Shown here piece after piece: positions 6,556 to 9,230 of a stretch of DNA of 9,230 nucleotides. The notes beneath the pieces were generated by a model. The model was not told the origin of the DNA. It saw nothing but the letters and a program-made list of their open reading frames with translations, and did not search any database. The stretch lies in IMG/VR virus record IMGVR_UViG_2582580966_000002; one strand, 5' to 3'. Source of the stretch: a virus (Duplodnaviria; Heunggongvirae; Uroviricota; Caudoviricetes). Position numbers and translations under genes: made by a program. The stretch's first letter is position 1. The number at the start of each line of letters is the position of its first letter.

Positions 6556-7708
6556 TCTTCTCCTCCTCTGTTGATTGTCGCAGTCCGGATTCAAATGCCG
6601 CAGCCGCCCAGGCGGGCGGTTTAAGACCGGCTGCACGGCGCTCCATCGTTTCACGGACCTGCTGGGCAAAAATTTCCTGATAGTCGTCACCGCGTTTTGC
6701 GCACTCTTTCTCGTAGGTACTCAGTCCGGCTTCTATCAGCATCACCGCTTCCTGTACTTCTTTCAGACCATCGATGGCCATACGACCGGAGCCTATCCAG
6801 TCACAGTTCCCCCAGGCGCTGCGGGCTTCCTGAAAGCTGAAACGCGCTTTTGAAGGTAACGTCACCACGCGGCGAACGATGGCCTCTTCCAGCCAGCACA
6901 GAAACATCTGGCTCGCCTGACGGGATGCGACGAATTTTCGCCGCCCCATAAAGTACGCCCACGACTCGTTCGCACTGGCCCGTGCCGTGGAATAGCTCAT
7001 CTGGGCGTAATTCCGGGAAAGCTGCTCATACGAGACACCCAGCCCGGCAGCGATATACCGCAACAGTGACTGCTCAAACACGGAGTAGCCGTTATCCGTA
7101 TCCTGAGCCGTCTGCAGGTTCAGTGAGTCACCCGGCATCAGGTGCGGCACTTTTGCGCCTCCCAGCCGAACCGGTGCTGCGGCGTAATACGCGGCAATTT
7201 CACCAATCCAGCCGGTCAGCTTGTCCCGCTGCTCCTGACTGTTCGCGCCCAGAATAAAATCCATCGCTGACTGCGTATCCAGCTCACTCTCAATGGTGGC
7301 GGCATACATCGCCTTCACAATGGCGCTCTGCAGCTGCGTGTTCTGCAGCGTGTCGAGCATCTTCATCTGCTCCATCACGCTGTAAAACACATTTGCACCG
7401 CGGGTCTGCCCGTCCTCCACGGGTTCAAAAACGTGAATGAACGAGGCGCGCCCGCCGGGTAACTCACGGGGTATCCATGTCCATTTCTGCGGCATCCAGC
7501 CAGGATAGCCGTCCTCGCTGACGTAATATCCCAGCGCCGCACCGCTGTCATTAATCTGCACACCGGCACGGCAGTTCCGGCTGTCGCCGGTATTGTTCGG
7601 GTTGCTGATGCGCTTCGGGCTGACCATCCGGAACTGTGTCCGGAAAAGCCACGACGGACTGGTATCCCAGGTGGCCTGAACGAACAGTTCACCGTTAAAG
7701 GCGTGCAT
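6536..7708 (-). pseudogene. B: Portal protein gpB, N-terminally truncated (~140 codons missing; remnant begins at MHAFNGELFVQATWDT)
   Basis: ORF 6536..7732 (the track start is a TTG; first ATG at 7708-7706). The protein from MHAFNGELFV to ...STEEEKSDSRAA matches the C-terminal ~390 residues of lambda gpB (533 aa). It lacks its own start region and ribosome-binding site, and lies in the same frame as A immediately after the A stop codon. Confidence 0.85.
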
Positions 7709-7751
7709 GCAGTGCCGCACGGGCAGCGGCAAGTTCTTCCTGTCGCGTCAT
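7695..7751 (-). pseudogene. W: Head-tail joining gene W remnant: first 15 codons only ([15 protein letters not shown]), then 3 foreign codons and TAA
   Basis: Hand translation of the minus strand from ATG 7751-7749 gives [18 protein letters not shown]-stop. The first 15 residues equal the lambda gpW N-terminus ([21 protein letters not shown]...); sequence after codon 15 is B-derived, read out of frame. Confidence 0.8.
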
Positions 7752-9230
7752 TCATCCTCTCCGGATAAGGCACGGGCGTAATCTGCCAGTGTTTTCTTGT
7801 TGGTTGCTGCACCATCCTCTTCCTTCAGGCTCGCCAGCAGTGCACTGAGATCCAGCTGCCAGCGGGAAATACTGATGCGCAGCGCCGCCAGCGCATAAAC
7901 GAAGCAGTCGAGCGCCTCATTGCGTCGTTTTTTGCTGTCCCACAGTATTTTTTTCCTGCCATCCACCCATTTTTCGACCTGCTCTTCAGCCGTCAGCTGC
8001 TGCGCTTCGGTCAGATCAAAAATATCCGGGTTATTCGGGAAGTGAACGGCACCGGGAAGCGGTTCATCCCCTTCCGGCGTCAGTGTGAAGCGGTTATAAA
8101 TCTGCTCTTTCGCGGTATCCGTACCGATTTCGGTAAGGTAAACCCCGTTTTTGTTTCGCTTACGTGGCATGCTGGCCACCGGCTTTCCGTAGACGGATGC
8201 CCCTTTAATGGGGATCCCCCGGAACAGCCCATGTTTTTTCGAGCGTTCATACACGATGGTCGGGTCAATCCCGCCAGTATCCCAGCAGATACGGGATACC
8301 GACATTTCTGCACCATTCCGGCGGGTATAGGTTTTATTGATGGCCTCATCCACACGCAGCAGCGTCTGTTCATCGTCGTGGCGGCCCATAATAATCTGCC
8401 GATCAATCAGCCAGCTTTCCTCACCCGGCCCCCATCCCCATACGCGCATTTCGTAGCGATCCAGCTGGGAGTCGATACCGGCGGTCAGGTAAGCCACACG
8501 GTCAGGAACGGGCGCTGAATAATGCTCTTTCCGCTCTGCCATCACTTCAGCATCCGGACGTTCGCCAATTTTCGCCTCCCACGTCTCACCGAGCGTGGTG
8601 TTTACGAAGGTTTTACGTTTTCCCGTATCCCCTTTCGTTTTCATCCAGTCTTTGACAATCTGCACCCAGGTGGTGAACGGGCTGTACGCTGTCCAGATGT
8701 GAAAGGTCACACTGTCAGGTGGCTCAATCTCTTCACCGGATGACGAAAACCAGAGAATGCCATCACGGGTCCAGATCCCGGTCTTTTCGCAGATATAACG
8801 GGCATCAGTAAAGTCCAGCTCCTGCTGGCAGATGACGCAGGCATTATGCTCGCAGAGATAAAACACGCTGGAGGGGTCATCCGGCGTCCATTTGAGGCCA
8901 AACGGCGTCTCTTTGTCGCCAAATTTAAGATACTGCTCCTCCCCGCAGTGCGGGCAGGCAACATGAAAACGCATAAAATGCGGGGATTCACTGGCTGCAC
9001 GCTCAATCTGGCAGGTGCCTCTCACTTTGGGCGTGGAGCCACGGATGGACTTTGGCCAGACCGAGCCTTCAATACGCTTATCGCCCAGGAACGTCGGAGA
9101 GCCTTCCTGTTCAATATCCTCATCAAAGGCAGCAAGTTCATCATACCCCGCCACATCCACTGACTTTTCACGGTAGTTTTTTGCCGCTTTACCGCCCAGG
9201 CACCAGAAGCCACGACCATTGGAAAAACGC
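7748..9230 (-). CDS. A: Terminase large subunit gpA, 3' portion (N-terminal ~150 codons lie beyond the window edge)
   Basis: ORF 7748..9160 and its open upstream extension to the window edge (frame hand-translated to ...RFSNGRGFWCLGGKAAKNYREKS before the GTG at 9160). The C-terminus ...KKTLADYARALSGEDE matches lambda gpA as I recall it. Stop TGA at 7748-7750 overlaps the W ATG (7749-7751) as in lambda. Confidence 0.9.
   Translation of the reverse strand, partial: RFSNGRGFWCLGGKAAKNYREKSVDVAGYDELAAFDEDIEQEGSPTFLGDKRIEGSVWPKSIRGSTPKVRGTCQIERAASESPHFMRFHVACPHCGEEQYLKFGDKETPFGLKWTPDDPSSVFYLCEHNACVICQQELDFTDARYICEKTGIWTRDGILWFSSSGEEIEPPDSVTFHIWTAYSPFTTWVQIVKDWMKTKGDTGKRKTFVNTTLGETWEAKIGERPDAEVMAERKEHYSAPVPDRVAYLTAGIDSQLDRYEMRVWGWGPGEESWLIDRQIIMGRHDDEQTLLRVDEAINKTYTRRNGAEMSVSRICWDTGGIDPTIVYERSKKHGLFRGIPIKGASVYGKPVASMPRKRNKNGVYLTEIGTDTAKEQIYNRFTLTPEGDEPLPGAVHFPNNPDIFDLTEAQQLTAEEQVEKWVDGRKKILWDSKKRRNEALDCFVYALAALRISISRWQLDLSALLASLKEEDGAATNKKTLADYARALSGEDE

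Larger units (their letters stand above)
1..9230 (-). mobile_element. Defective lambdoid prophage, morphogenetic (head/tail) region carrying three internal deletions
   Basis: Gene order and protein sequences on the minus strand follow phage lambda A-W-B-C-Nu3-D-E-FI-FII...I-J-stf. Intergenic spacings and overlaps (A stop/W start ATGA overlap, 20-nt B/C overlap, 11-nt FI-FII gap) look lambda-like from memory. W/B, FII/I and J/stf are fused by deletions. No integrase or att site lies in the window, so prophage status is inferred from the decay pattern. Confidence 0.85.

Noticed and set aside
6556-6690. N-terminal 45-residue extension of the C ORF in the track (MTTIRKFLPSRSVK...)
   Set aside because: This is the 3' end of B read in the C frame; the native C start is the GTG at 6555, reproducing the B/C overlap.
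7375-7815. ORF 7375..7815 (-) spanning the A/B junction
   Set aside because: It is an alternative frame overlapping the A 3' end and the B remnant, and does not resemble any phage protein I recognise.

Overview
The window is a segment of a defective lambda-like (lambdoid) prophage, with all genes on the minus strand in lambda order: A (terminase large subunit, 5' end off-window) - W' - 'B - C/Nu3 - D - E - FI - FII' - 'I - J' - stf. The translated proteins match my recollection of phage lambda gpA, gpB, gpC, gpD, gpE, gpFI, gpFII, gpI and gpJ closely; I could not run any alignment, so identities are by eye. Three internal deletions are visible as in-sequence gene fusions: (1) W codon 15 joined to the middle of portal gene B; (2) the end of FII joined to the start of I, removing the whole tail-shaft module Z-U-V-G-T-H-M-L-K; (3) J cut after about 237 codons and placed directly next to the terminator and start of a side-tail-fibre gene. 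The tail-fibre gene has a lambda Stf-like N-terminus followed by a collagen-like Gly-X-Y region built from nine near-perfect 45-bp tandem repeats. The one region not explained by lambda homology is about 340 bp between I and J: it holds a perfect 12-bp bidirectional hairpin and a near-consensus sigma70 promoter on the opposite strand, driving a roughly 95-nt AU-rich non-coding transcript that ends at an intrinsic terminator. This candidate prophage-borne sRNA moron is the most interesting element. I see no defence system, toxin-antitoxin pair, CRISPR array, tRNA or IS element here.
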